NCBI GenBank assembly: GCA_021613535.1
Contig: CP075492.1
Coordinates: forward strand, 17,298,001-17,362,000
Direction: 5' to 3'
Length of the DNA stretch: 64,000 bases
DNA from: Adineta vaga
Taxonomy: Eukaryota > Animalia > Rotifera
The notes beneath the pieces are model-generated. The model saw nothing but the letters and a program-made list of their open reading frames with translations. It did not search any database and was not told the DNA's origin. Positions within the stretch are counted from its first letter, which is position 1, and every line of letters begins with the position of its first letter. Of this stretch, positions 1 through 11,708 are shown in pieces. The translations under genes and the position numbers were made by a program.

Positions 1-252
1 ATCAATTCCATATTTCGAAAGTGTTAAATTACTTAGATCGGTTCTATATGTGATGGTTTAGGAACTTGATGTCCCACTATCAAGTGGAAATCAAACAGAA
101 TGAAAGGCATTGTTAAAAAGGACAACTATCATTTGCTGAAAGCTGTAGCAAATGACTGAGAGAGAGTGAGTGAGAATAATGACGACTACTACGGTCTCAT
201 GGAGGAATGGTAAAGAAAAGATAGAGGTGGAAAGAAAAAGTGAAGTCTATAG

Positions 253-1503
253 ATGAGATCATTCTATGGCCTAACCGAACGACAGCTCATAATAATACAT
301 CTTTGCTTTTTCTTATCTATTTTGAAGCCAACATTGCCTCAACAGTACCCGACAAATAATGACTATCAAGTGGAATCGGATGATCGATCTACCACAAGTG
401 AAGGTAACAAACGTTGTTACCAGCATCATGCTTCTAACCGACCAGCTAAACGATTTCATATAGCACCACAACGGTCAACCGTACCAGAATTTTTTCTTCC
501 CTTGCCTGAGGTGAGACCAGTCCGTTACAAACCATTGCGGGAAAAAATCCAACAAAAATATCGTGAGTTATGTCGGTGGTCTGGTCAACGATTTCCGGGA
601 TCTGAGCCTGTACCAATGCATCGTAAAAATTATGCCAACATTTTGCAATTGCCCTATATGGTCACTTGGAAACCGGTTGGTAAACGGTACATGATGTTAA
701 TTGAAGAAGAAAATAAAGTGTACATGCTCAACCAAGGTAAAGATCTATTCAGCGTTGATGAGATTCGATTTCCATACGATGCGGACAATACAACTCATCT
801 AAAGGACACATTAGTCGATGGTGAAGTTGTATGTGATAAAATCAATGGTTCGAATGAGGCTAGCTTTTTTATCAACGATATCATCATTTATAATGGTACA
901 GACGTGACCGCTTATTCATTTCCGGACCGTTTGAAGCTGATTTCTGAATCGATCGTCAACATACACAATAATGCCATTACAAAGGGAACGCAACCGTTTC
1001 GAATACGAATCAAACAGTTTTTTCGTTTATCAGACATGGACAAACTGCTTAGCCGGGAATTTCGTGCAAGCATACCTCATGAAGTTGAAGGACTCTTTTT
1101 TTTACCAGAACGGAAGCCATATAGAGCTGGTGAATGTCCAGACGTATTGAAGTGGAAGGAAAACGAGACGATCGATTTTCGTTTGAACATTGTCGACAAT
1201 GGTGCACATCCAGAGAAGAAAGCTCATCTCTTTCTCAGTCGTATGAATAAGCCGTTTGCGAAGATGCATTACTCGTCGTATTTGCAAAAATATGATAACA
1301 AAATTGTTTCATGTTATTACAGAGATAGTGATTGGTACGTTTATCGATTACGTCATGATAGGCGGTATCCTAATTCAGAACAAACAGCTATGACTGTTAT
1401 GAACGTGATGGAAAAACCAGTCACAAAAGAGGATCTTCGTGATTTAATGAAGAATCAATCAACAACCCATGTTCATGACCATAATTCGTCATGGGCTACA
1501 TAG
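253..1503 (+). CDS. mRNA capping enzyme guanylyltransferase-like protein (no triphosphatase domain, hydrophobic N-terminus, altered motif I)
   Basis: Intronless 416-aa ORF with FPGSEPV, YMVTWKPVGKRY (motif I, normally KxDG), TLVDGEV (III), FFINDII (IIIa), HEVEGLFFLP (IV), LKWK..TIDF (V) and an OB-fold end RLRHDRRYPN. Confidence 0.85.
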   Translation: MRSFYGLTERQLIIIHLCFFLSILKPTLPQQYPTNNDYQVESDDRSTTSEGNKRCYQHHASNRPAKRFHIAPQRSTVPEFFLPLPEVRPVRYKPLREKIQQKYRELCRWSGQRFPGSEPVPMHRKNYANILQLPYMVTWKPVGKRYMMLIEEENKVYMLNQGKDLFSVDEIRFPYDADNTTHLKDTLVDGEVVCDKINGSNEASFFINDIIIYNGTDVTAYSFPDRLKLISESIVNIHNNAITKGTQPFRIRIKQFFRLSDMDKLLSREFRASIPHEVEGLFFLPERKPYRAGECPDVLKWKENETIDFRLNIVDNGAHPEKKAHLFLSRMNKPFAKMHYSSYLQKYDNKIVSCYYRDSDWYVYRLRHDRRYPNSEQTAMTVMNVMEKPVTKEDLRDLMKNQSTTHVHDHNSSWAT

Positions 1504-2582
1504 GTCAGAAGTCGAGGGTGATGATATGGTTCAAACGAAAAAGAAATTGACATGGAATATACTTGTCTGAAGCAAACTAATCTATATACAGTTTTTAAAG
1601 AGAAAATAAAACTTCAATTGCTCGAAACATTCTTAGAAAAATACCATGGATGTTTTCTTCATTGTTGAACATTTTATATCTTTGGATGAGAGTAACTCAT
1701 TGTGACGAGACTGAGTTTTTTCTAAGAACATTAAAATCATATTCAGGTGAGATATGTTATATTTACGTCTGCTTATTATTGTTTTGCACATAAAGATTCG
1801 GCAGTTTATACTTTGATTATTTCATATTGATATTCTTGTCATCGAAGTAAAAAGTGCGAGAACATCTTCGCAATGCACTAATATTATTATTGTCCTTCCA
1901 TACTATCAACCAAAACCATCAAGTAGTCGGCCGATCTTCGCAAGATCGAAAAGAAAATGTTGTCCATTGTTTGAACCAGTCTTCATCGGTACAAAAAAAG
2001 TCACAAGAACATTTCTAAGCAACAATCGACTGAATTTTATCGCCATCTCTCAGTGGGATACATTTACTAGTGATTCGCTCGATTTCATACAAACAAAACG
2101 TCTGTTGTTGTTTTTATTTTCAATATATATACTTTACATCAGGTGAAGGTATCAAAGACTTCTATAAAGGTTATCTCGTGACATTGACTGTCTCAATTTC
2201 ATTTACTTATGCTCAGATCATAGCTTCGCTTACAACTGGCATCACGACGACAATCACTTCGACGAACGTTTGCGATTCTCATGCGCGGAAGAGATTATCG
2301 AGGTTGAGGAGTGATTATCGTACTGAATTGTGTTGTCATGATGTCTCTCTAGGAAATCACTAAACATGCTAAGACGATGCAAAGCGTTTACGGCTGCGTC
2401 GATGTATGAGCTTGCACATTCATTTTCCAACGCTCTGATTAATTTATTCAAGATATTTTAGTTTGAAATAAAAGCAATTTCGAAACTAAGAATTACGTTT
2501 CACACAGTAAACAAAAACAACAAGTCCATCAATTCTGTACGCTCATTGGATCGACGTCCCAGTGAATGTGTTGCCATTCGGA

Positions 2583-3449
2583 TTACCGTTGCAAGTTAAC
2601 AACTGCTCGAAGCACCTTGTGTTTCAATTCTCTCCAAACAAAATGATGTCGACGGACCGATGGCCGGTAGCCGATCAGGACATGTTCCAATTTCGGACAT
2701 TGTACGACAACTCTCGGCCATAGATGTTTAGTGTCGATGTTCACGATTCCATGCGGGAGACAAATTCGAACATGAGTGAGTTGAGGTGTTCGGACAGTAA
2801 GATCGAGAATAGTCGGTAAATGTATTAGACGTTCAAATGCCACATCGATCCGAACGAGTACGAGTTTCCAGAGATTCTATATCTGCAATGATGACGGAGT
2901 AGTGGTATTTAATACAGCAGAAAGAATACCAGTCTTGGAAAGAATTTCCATTTGTTTGAGGTACGAAAACCGTATGAATACTTGATGTAGTGAATGTTGT
3001 TGAAGAATAAAGTGACGCGATGGTTGAAAAGCTGTGAGAACGAGACGTTCGACACGAAATTCTCGAGTCAATTGTGACAACGGTTCGTAATTCTCCAGTT
3101 GACGAATGGTAAGTGAACGAAGAAATAAAAATTGTTCAGGATTAATATGATAAATGATCTTGAAGGGAATATCAAATAAAAGTATTTGATTCCGATACGA
3201 CAACGAACTGATTTCTCTGAGATGCTTCATATTATTCAACTGACCTCCATGAAGTTTAAGACGAAAATCTTGGATAATTGATCGAATATAAGGCAGATGA
3301 CAATTTAGTTTCGATAGATCAATCAACGTTAAATAAGAGATGATCTCCAGAAGAATGTTTGCGCGTAGATCAAACACTGTACTTCTTCTACTTCTGGAAC
3401 TAGATGTATGACAATAATATGCACTGGAAGAGAGCATCGACTTCGGCAT
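2583..3449 (-). pseudogene. F-box-like/LRR-like protein interrupted by one in-frame TAG
   Basis: ORF 2877-3470 (VFDLRANILLEIISYLTLIDL is F-box-like) and ORF 2583-2843 share a frame, separated by TAG at 2877-2879. First ATG is at 3449. Confidence 0.55.
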
Positions 3450-3488
3450 TTCGTGTAGTGATATGAACAAAAGAGAAGAATGATGAAT

Positions 3489-3557
3489 GGTGTGGGTGGG
3501 TGTGGGTGTGGGTGAGTGTAAATAGTGATCCCTTCATTATACACACCCTCAAGATGG
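3489..3557 (-). repeat. Hairpin element E1 (tail on right arm)
   Basis: GGTGTGGGTGGGTGTGGGTGTGGGTGAGTGT...ACACACCCTCAAGATGG. Confidence 0.9.
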
Positions 3558-4119
3558 TACGGCGACGCCCACTTACCCGACGATTTCTGGATACGCCGCT
3601 AATGAAAAGATAATATAATTGACTTCTAAAAAAATGGTATTTTATTATTGTTTGGGAATTTAAAATTCCTCTGCAACATATATATGAGAGTAATCTATAT
3701 ACGATGTGAAAAGTTTGATCTATTAACGAGTGTGATTTCTAGTCTTGATTCGAAATGCTTACATTTTATTTGTTAATGAAAGATAACCGTTGTTTTGTAA
3801 TTAGTAAAAGTGTATACCATCTGTTTCTCTAATTATAATAGTCATGATTTCTTCTATTTATTGTGTTCGTAGATTTTTTGATAAATATAAAACCTAACTT
3901 CGTCATTAAAGAATGATATAAACGCTTTTTTTAATTTCTATTTCCTCGCAAAGGCGTTTTGTCAGATCTGTGATTGTATGTGCGATAAACGTTTTTATAG
4001 TCGTTGATTCTCTTCATTTGAGCATTTGCTATAAATAACAAGAGTTAACTAAAGTTTTCCGTATATATCTTTTACTTTATATATTTCTGATAGAAGTTCA
4101 GATCTATTATAAAAGAAAA

Positions 4120-7100
4120 ATGAATTTTGCGATTAACACAGCCAATATAATGTTATATATCTTATTTATAATACAATTGTTGTGTTCAATAACAAGAACT
4201 CAATTCAATTTATACTACACTGATGACAATTATAATGTGGGTAGTCTATATAAAAATTGTCTTCGTCATTATAGTTTCATGGAATGGGATATTTCGGAAA
4301 TGGTCGAATATTGTCTTGATTCAATAGATAATAATGATATAATGGTTGAACCATTTCCTAACACAATTAGTAATAATTTTACATTCAATAAATTACGTCA
4401 ACTAAATATAAGTGCCACAAGAGCTTCTATCATGGTCTGCATCAGTCGATGTAGCGGAACAATATCAATTTTATCTTGAAAACCCAGCAAACTCATCTTC
4501 ATCAAATGAAACTTTTTTCAAATGTAAAAAACCATGGTTTGGCTCTCGATGTCAATACTCATTTGGTTTAGGTCGAGTGTATGACTTTGAAGAAATTGTG
4601 GCCAAAACATTTAAAAAAAAATTATTCTCTAGTCCACCATATCTAGTAAGTAATTTAACATGTTATACTCATTTACAATGTAATCGTGGTAGTTCTAACA
4701 TATGTCTTGATTGGCGTGAGGTATGCGATGGACGTATTGATTGTATTGATGGAGGTGCAGATGAAGAAGAATGTTTTGCTTTAGAAATGAACGAATGTAA
4801 TAAAGATGAATATCGATGTTATAATGGATTATGTATACCAAAAGATTTTTATAATGATAATTATCCTGAATGTCTCGATATATCTGATATTATTATAAAC
4901 AGAGAATATAATCATCTGAGTATTGGACATATAAGTGTATTTAACACTGAAGAACGTTCATGTATACCGGGTTACAAACAATTTAAATGTGGAGATGGAC
5001 GATGTGTGACAGATTTTGATGAATGTCTCAATAAACGACATTTATTATTATATCAATCGATAAGTCTACAAGGAAATTTAACATCTTCATGTTGGTCAAT
5101 AATGGTTTGTCTAACTAAAATTTCAAATGAAATGAATGGTACGTCATGTGAAGAAATCTTGGAAACATCAAATATTCATAAATATTTGCAAACTTGTGAT
5201 GATATTATTCAGTTTCCAACTGTTCCAGTACTTTTTGGTCATGTACGCTTTTTATATGTTCGAAATAATACTTATAATGAGAATCGTACATTAGCTCTCG
5301 TGCCTGATTATATCTGTTATGATAATGAACTATGTGATTTTCTTCGTCCGACATTTCATCATGGGATTTACAGTTGTATTATATTCAATTTCAATATGAT
5401 ATTTCAAACATGGTCTACTATTATTAGCGTAGTTGAACCTTATTTTCGTCAATGTTTGACACGACTTGAAAATAAAAATGCATCTCAATCTCAACATACA
5501 TCCTTGTATTGCTGTAAAAATTCATCGAAATGTATTTCAAAACATCGTATTCTTGATAATATTTCTGATTGTTATTTAAATGATGATGAACACGAATACG
5601 AAAGTAGTTGTTTACTCAACAATGCACAACGTTTTAAATGTGATAATGATAATAAATGTTACTCGTCGATAGTATCTAAAGATATATGCCCTCTCAAGTC
5701 TTTATATAATTTCGATGAAATTAGTTTCAATCATATATGTGATCGAGATGTTCAAATGTTTCCTATACTTATCAATGGAGAAAATCACACTGATGAAACA
5801 GAATGTGAACATTGGTCATGTAATAATTATTATACACAATGTGATGGATTTTGGAGTTGTCCATATGGAGAGGATGAAGAGAATTGTACAACAAAACGAC
5901 AGATTTGTCCGTTAAGATCTCTTGCTTGTGTATCTCCATTCAATTATACATTGACATGTTTATCGGCACATCGAGTTAATGATGGAATTATCGATTGTCT
6001 CGGATCAGCAGATGAACGTCATTATTGTCGTAATCTTGTTAGGAATTCACTTGGTTATTATGGTTTTCGCTGTTGGAACGAAAGTGAATGTATCGCACCT
6101 GGTGATCTATGTGATAAAAGTCAAAAATGCTTATTTAATGACGATGAAATGTTTTGTGATGATTATCAAGAAGATTGTACCGAATGTGATCATACTGAAT
6201 GTACTGATGTGATAGAAGCTCTTTGTCGTGCTAGCTATTTATATATATTCAAATTCTCATTGGAAACATCACCAGTATATCCACCAATTTCAGAACAAAG
6301 AACAAATGAATACATTTCTCAACAACCACAAAACTTACCTCGTATTGACAAATTAATCACAACTGAACCCTATGATCGTACATGACCATGGCGTTGTAAT
6401 CATGGTATTTATGTTAGTATCTGGCCTGGAAATAATACTTCAGAATATCGATGTTTTTGTCCATCACCTTACTATGGTGATCATTGTCAATATCAAAATC
6501 AACGTATAAGTCTTACACTACAAGTAATTATTATTGGTAGAAAAGGTTTCTATGCTATACTTGCTACTTTAATTGGTAATGATGGTGATTATGAGGTAAT
6601 TAATTCTTATCATGAACTAACATTATTCAATACTCGTGAATGTGATCGTATTCATAACATATATCTTACTTATTTATCGCGTCCAAAAAATAATTCGATG
6701 AACTATAGTATTCATATTGATGTCTATGATAAAGTTAACTTAATATATCTTGGTACTTGGTATTATCCAGTTCTTTTCCCATTTTTACCTAGTAATCGAA
6801 TGGCTATTATTTTAGTTGTATCAAATAATCAAGTATTTGGTCATAAACAGTGTAGTTTAATATGTAACAATGGTGAATGTATGAAATATATGAATGACGA
6901 CAAGATGTTTTGTCGATGTCATACATGTTGGAGTGGTTCTCGATGTGATATTCCTATTCGTTGTAGTGATTGTGCATCGGATTCGATTTGTATTGGTATG
7001 ATTTATAATCGATCGATATGTCTCTGTCGACTTGATAAAGGTGGTCTACGATGTTTACTTCCACTTTCATGTCCAGAGGGTTCGTGTGACAATAATGCTT

Positions 7101-8758
7101 CTTGTATTATGACCGATATCCGTATGCATGAGAGAAGTTTTACTTGCAATTGTTCAAAAGAATTATGGGGAACAGTTTGTAACTTTCAAAGACCAAAATT
7201 TCAGCTTGCCATTAAAAATATAAAATATTCATCGCCAATTATCTTGATGTATATTTTCACTGTTGGTATTTTCGATCCTCGTTATCTAGAATTGGAACAG
7301 ATTGTCGTACCCGTACAGTTAAAAATGTTTCAAAAACCTATAGAGATATACGTGGAGACAGATTTTAAATTGATATTTGCCAAAATTGACCAAAGCTTTT
7401 ATTTAACTATTGCTCAAGAAACTTTTAAAAATAATATCTCTACATCTATTGATCCTGCTCAACGATGTCCATTGATCAATGAAGTTTTAAACACATCATT
7501 AGCAAATTTACATCAAATTCGACGAATTAAATATTATTATACGATATGTCAAAATGATGTGAATCTACGATGTTTTTTTGATGACCCATACATGTGTTTA
7601 TGTACTAATGATCGACATGCTAATTGTTTGAAACTAAAGCAAATTCCTTCAGTATGTCGACATAAGACTTATTGTGAAAATAATGGACAATGTTTAGACG
7701 ATGGCAGTTTATGTCCAGTAGAAACAGTTTGTAATTGTACGAATTGTTATTTTGGTGATCGTTGTCAATTTCAGGCTCAAGGTGTCGGATTAACATTAGA
7801 TGATATTTTACGTTATGAGATTGAACCAACTATCAGCTTATTTAGTCAAACAAATTTAGTTAAATGGTGTACATCATTAACAATAATTATGTTAATTGCA
7901 GGTTTAATTAATAGTGCATTAGCTATGTTGACATTTCGTATGCAAAAATCTCGAGAAGTTGGTTGTGGAGTATATCTTCTTGCATCATCTGTAACATCAT
8001 TACTAACAGTAACCATGTTGGCATTGAAATTTTCGTTTCTTCTTTTTACTCATATCAATTCAGACATTGATAATTCTGCTGCACATGCAGGTTGTCGATC
8101 ATTAGAATTTATTTTGAAAACTTGTCTATATACAGACAATTGGTTGAATGCTTGTGTAGCTTTAGAACGTTTAATGACTGTATATAAAGGAGTTTATTTT
8201 AACAAATTGTTGAGTAGACGCATTGCACGTCGGGTAATTCTATTACTACCATTCGCAATTATGGTATCAATTATTCATGAGCCTATTTATCGAAAATTAT
8301 ATAAAGATGAATTTGAACAGCGTTTATGGTGTTTATTTCTTTATTCACAATCTCTACATAGATATAATGTATTTATTTCACTTGTTCATTTACTTGGTCC
8401 ATTCTGTGCTAATCTTTGTTCATCTGTCTATATAGTTATTGGTAGTGCGCGACAACGCGCATTACTACAACCGCGAATCAGTTATCGTCAACATCGACGG
8501 CAACAATTAATGGAACATAAACATCTTATTATTAGTTCAATGATTCTTGTTATTTTGTCAATGCCTCGTATCGTCACTGCGTTCATATCCGGATGTATAA
8601 AAACAACTCATAATTCACAATTATATGCTGCAGGTTATTTCATATCATTTATTCCATCAGTAAGTATTTTCGCGGTGTTTGTAATGCCATCAGACTTTTA
8701 CAAAGAACAATTTAAAAAGTCCCTTAAAATTGGACTAATACTAAATCCTTGTCGTTGA
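4120..8758 (+). pseudogene. LDL-receptor class A/EGF-repeat 7TM receptor, disrupted
   Basis: Signal peptide, LDLa repeats (CLDWREVCDGRIDC..DEEEC), EGF repeats and a rhodopsin-like 7TM (ACVALER). Frameshift near 4412 and in-frame TGA at 6383-6385; 6386-6697 is open and in frame with ORF 6698-8758. Confidence 0.85.
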
Positions 8759-9080
8759 TCATTTTTTTTTGAAAATAAATTCAATATTAATTGTATGAAT
8801 AAACTTTCTCTGTACTACATTAACATGTCTTATTGATAATGAATGTGTGAAAACATATATTCGTTTCTCACTTTAATCTATACACCTGACTGATATGCTT
8901 ACAAAATTAACCTGTCAGTATTGAACTGTGTTTTTATGACAAATATAAAAAATAATTCAATTTGATGTTTTATGTTTAGAACGTGACGCTCCTCAAAATG
9001 ACAGTAAAAAGACGGGGGATCCAATAATCAGTAGCGATGAAAGCTATTGCATAGTTGCCATGATTAATCATAATTACAAA

Positions 9081-9142
9081 CCATCTTGAGGGTGTGGGTG
9101 TGGGTGAGAGTATTGGATGAGAAAAATACCCCACACCCACAC
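9081..9142 (+). repeat. Hairpin element E2 (closest to consensus, tail on left arm)
   Basis: CCATCTTGAGGGTGTGGGTGTGGGTGAGAGTATT-ggatgagaaa-AATACCCCACACCCACAC. Confidence 0.92.
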
Positions 9143-9390
9143 ATTGCTTTTAAACGAACACTATCATCCACCCAAATGTTGGTATTATGTCAGATTGCTA
9201 AATGTGGAATTATTTGTTAGGATTTGAAGAACGGTTCCGTTACCATGAGAAAAGGTTATTGGCTAGTGACCGTCACCTGTAGTGGACGCTGTTTATTTGT
9301 TGTACAGAATGACAAAGGAAATGAAAAATAAAACCAAAAAGGTTTTCATTATGAGATGTCGGCAGTCTATCTGTGTCATTATAATCTCGT

Positions 9391-9885
9391 CTAATCAATG
9401 AATTCTCGTAGAGCTTGTTCAACAGCACGTTGTACGTCCTTCTCAACTTCATCTGATCGAGGCATAGGGTTCAAACGTAATGCTTCGGCTTTCAGACGAC
9501 TAAGGCGTTCTCGTTGAGCCTGAACAGGTGTAAGATGATGTTTTGGGCTCTGCTCAAGGTCATGCTGTTCAGGAGACACGTGAATGTTGTTAAAAGGGAT
9601 GTCAATATAAGTCTCTAGAATTTCCGATGCATTATCAGTTATTCATTGGCATAAAGGCTCATATTCCGATGTCTTTCGCTTTATGTATTTGTTTAGGCCG
9701 CGAACGTTGTTTTCCGGTAATAATAAATAAGGCGAACTGTATGTTGGTGTTGCGGTAATGCGCGTCCGAGCCTTTGTGTTGCATCGTTTGATAACAAATT
9801 TAATGAATAGACCCGTTAAACCAATGAGTATTATAGTACCCGGGATACCAAAGCCAAGTCCCAATTTTGTCCGATAATCTACCAT
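9391..9885 (-). pseudogene. Small single-pass membrane protein with in-frame TGA
   Basis: MVDYRTKLGLGFGIPGTIILIGLTGLFIKFVI forms a TM segment. ORFs 9643-9948 and 9391-9579 are in frame across TGA at 9643-9645. Confidence 0.5.
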
Positions 9886-10150
9886 GGTTTTGTTATTTTG
9901 ATTGTTGTGAGTATATTGGGCTACACAGATGCGACAGAAGTCCAACAATATCGACAGACGTTAAAACATAAACAAAACCAAATGAAGCAGATCTAATGAA
10001 ACAAGCATAAAAATCATTAGAACACTAATTCAGCTTTGCTATTTGTCGCTTTCTCGTTTATATCAGCTTTTGAATCAGATGTCTTAGTTTATTGCATTTA
10101 CATTACTTAGACCTGATCGCCGAGTTGGACATTTAAAAAAAACTGATAGC

Positions 10151-10226
10151 GAGTGTGGGTGTGGAAAGAAGACATGAACACCCTTACTCTCACTCTCACT
10201 CACACTCATACTTACTCTCAAAGTGG
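10151..10226 (-). repeat. Hairpin element E3 (degenerate)
   Basis: GAGTGTGGGTGTGG...CACTCTCACTCACACTC..ACTCTCAAAGTGG; the right end resembles CCCTCAAGATGG. Confidence 0.7.
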
Positions 10227-10490
10227 GAAAATTCTTGTGTATAATAAACTAAAGAAATCGTTTGAACAACTCGCTCGCGTCTACCGACGGACAAAAAAGT
10301 TGAGCATTTTCAACCACCACAAATAGAAAAAGAAACATTACACTCGCATTCCATCGCTTATCTATGCATCGATTTACACTTTCGCCTATCGGAATAAGAA
10401 CAATGATTTTTCTGAAGGGAGAATACATAAAAGAAACGAAAATTTTTTTCTGAGAATGGAAACAAGAATAAAACAATTCCTCTCGTAACA

Positions 10491-11286
10491 TTAAGGGTAC
10501 GCCCCTCACTTTTTTGCAAAAAGTTTTTCTGAAACTTTTTTTGTTTTCACTGGTAGTTGAAAGACCATCCACTAGCACGTCCATCGACGAGAGAACGACC
10601 TTCACTCAGCCCACCGTTCAGTTGCTATAACATGTTCACCCAAGTACTTCACCAAAAAACATTTTTTTCGAAAAAATCTGTTTTAGTGCTCAGAAGATTT
10701 TCCATGAAAAGTTGTTCGGAAAAACGTCGACGAAAATTTGGTCGCTTCGTTAACCTAGTTTTTCGCTTTTCTCAAAAACCGGTTTTTCACCCAATGGATA
10801 TAGTTGTGCCAAAGAAAACCCCCACTTAAGTTTGTTCGATTGGGCTGAAATTTTTACCAGAGATACCTTGGCCTATTGCCCAGAGGTAAATCGGCCAATT
10901 TTGTTTTCGACCATTCCTTCTGGATTTATAAGGTTTTCAAGAATCCGGACATAGGTCTCTAGAAATTTTTTTAGGTTTTTGATTATTAAAAAAAGTGAGT
11001 GAGTTTTTTGAAAACGGTGAACATTGCCTCTGGGGAATAGGTTTGACTACCCCCAAAAAAGTTTCAGCCCCAACGGATGAAATTCGGTCGAGTTTTTCCC
11101 GGCACAACGAAGATGACTGAAATAATGCATTTTTACTGGAACTTCAGGAAGACCTAGTAAAAGAAATTTCCTCGAACACGTGACTAATGGATTTCGATTC
11201 GCTATCTGTGGTAAAAATTTCAGCTCGATTGACCTTACCGTTGCTGAGTTTTGAGAAAGGTTCAAAAAGAGGAGGGATGCCCTTAA
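10491..11286. mobile_element. Non-autonomous DNA transposon (TTAA-flanked, GG...CC termini, Kolobok-like)
   Basis: TTAA|GGGTACGCCCCTCACTTTTTTG ... CAAAAAGAGGAGGGATGCCC|TTAA give imperfect TIRs. An internal inverted repeat GGGCTGAAATTTTTACCAGAGATA (about 10842-10865) matches about 11203-11226. No credible ORF. Confidence 0.6.
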
Positions 11287-11395
11287 GCTGTAAATTTATT
11301 GCGAATGAGAGGAAAAAACAGAAACGAAAACGAACCGTCAATACTGAGAGACTTTTTGCCAACAATACATCTAAGTTAAAAAAACTAGTTTACGA

Positions 11396-11440
11396 TGGGT
11401 GTGGGTGTGAGGGTTGTTTTGATACACCCACACTCAACAG
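11396..11440 (-). repeat. Hairpin element E4
   Basis: TGGGTGTGGGTGTGAGGG-ttgttttgat-ACACCCACACTCAACAG. Confidence 0.85.
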
Positions 11441-11638
11441 CTAATAATAATGGGAAAATTTTCATTTATCTTGTTTGATAATCATAATATAAGAATAATC
11501 TTTTTCGATTGTAATAAACTAATAATCAAAAGTGAGATGATTATCCGCTTCGCTATGCGGCTTTAATCTCTCGAGTAAAATTTTACACACAACATTTCAC
11601 GATGCTATACGATACATGTTTATTTATTCTTAAAAGTC

Positions 11639-11700
11639 GGAGTGTGTATGGTTGTCATGATATTGGTTGCAGAAAAACCAACACTATCACACCCTCAATG
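11639..11700 (-). repeat. Hairpin element E5
   Basis: GGAGTGTGT...TTGGTT-gcagaaa-AACCAA..TCACACCCTCAATG; ends 8 bp from the stop of the 3112-aa gene. Confidence 0.7.
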
Positions 11701-11708
11701 CTAGTCAT

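Noticed and set aside
1511-1523. GTCGAGGGTGATG just after the capping-gene stop, resembling the element tail
   Set aside because: It is too short and has no partner arm. The position is suggestive but chance cannot be excluded.
6383-6385. Selenocysteine or a variant genetic code as the explanation for TGA
   Set aside because: The positions look like Trp or Arg rather than Cys, TGA terminates intact genes, and frameshifts co-occur.
10249-11444. Several overlapping short ORFs
   Set aside because: They lie mostly within a non-coding transposon-like element and show no transposase motifs.
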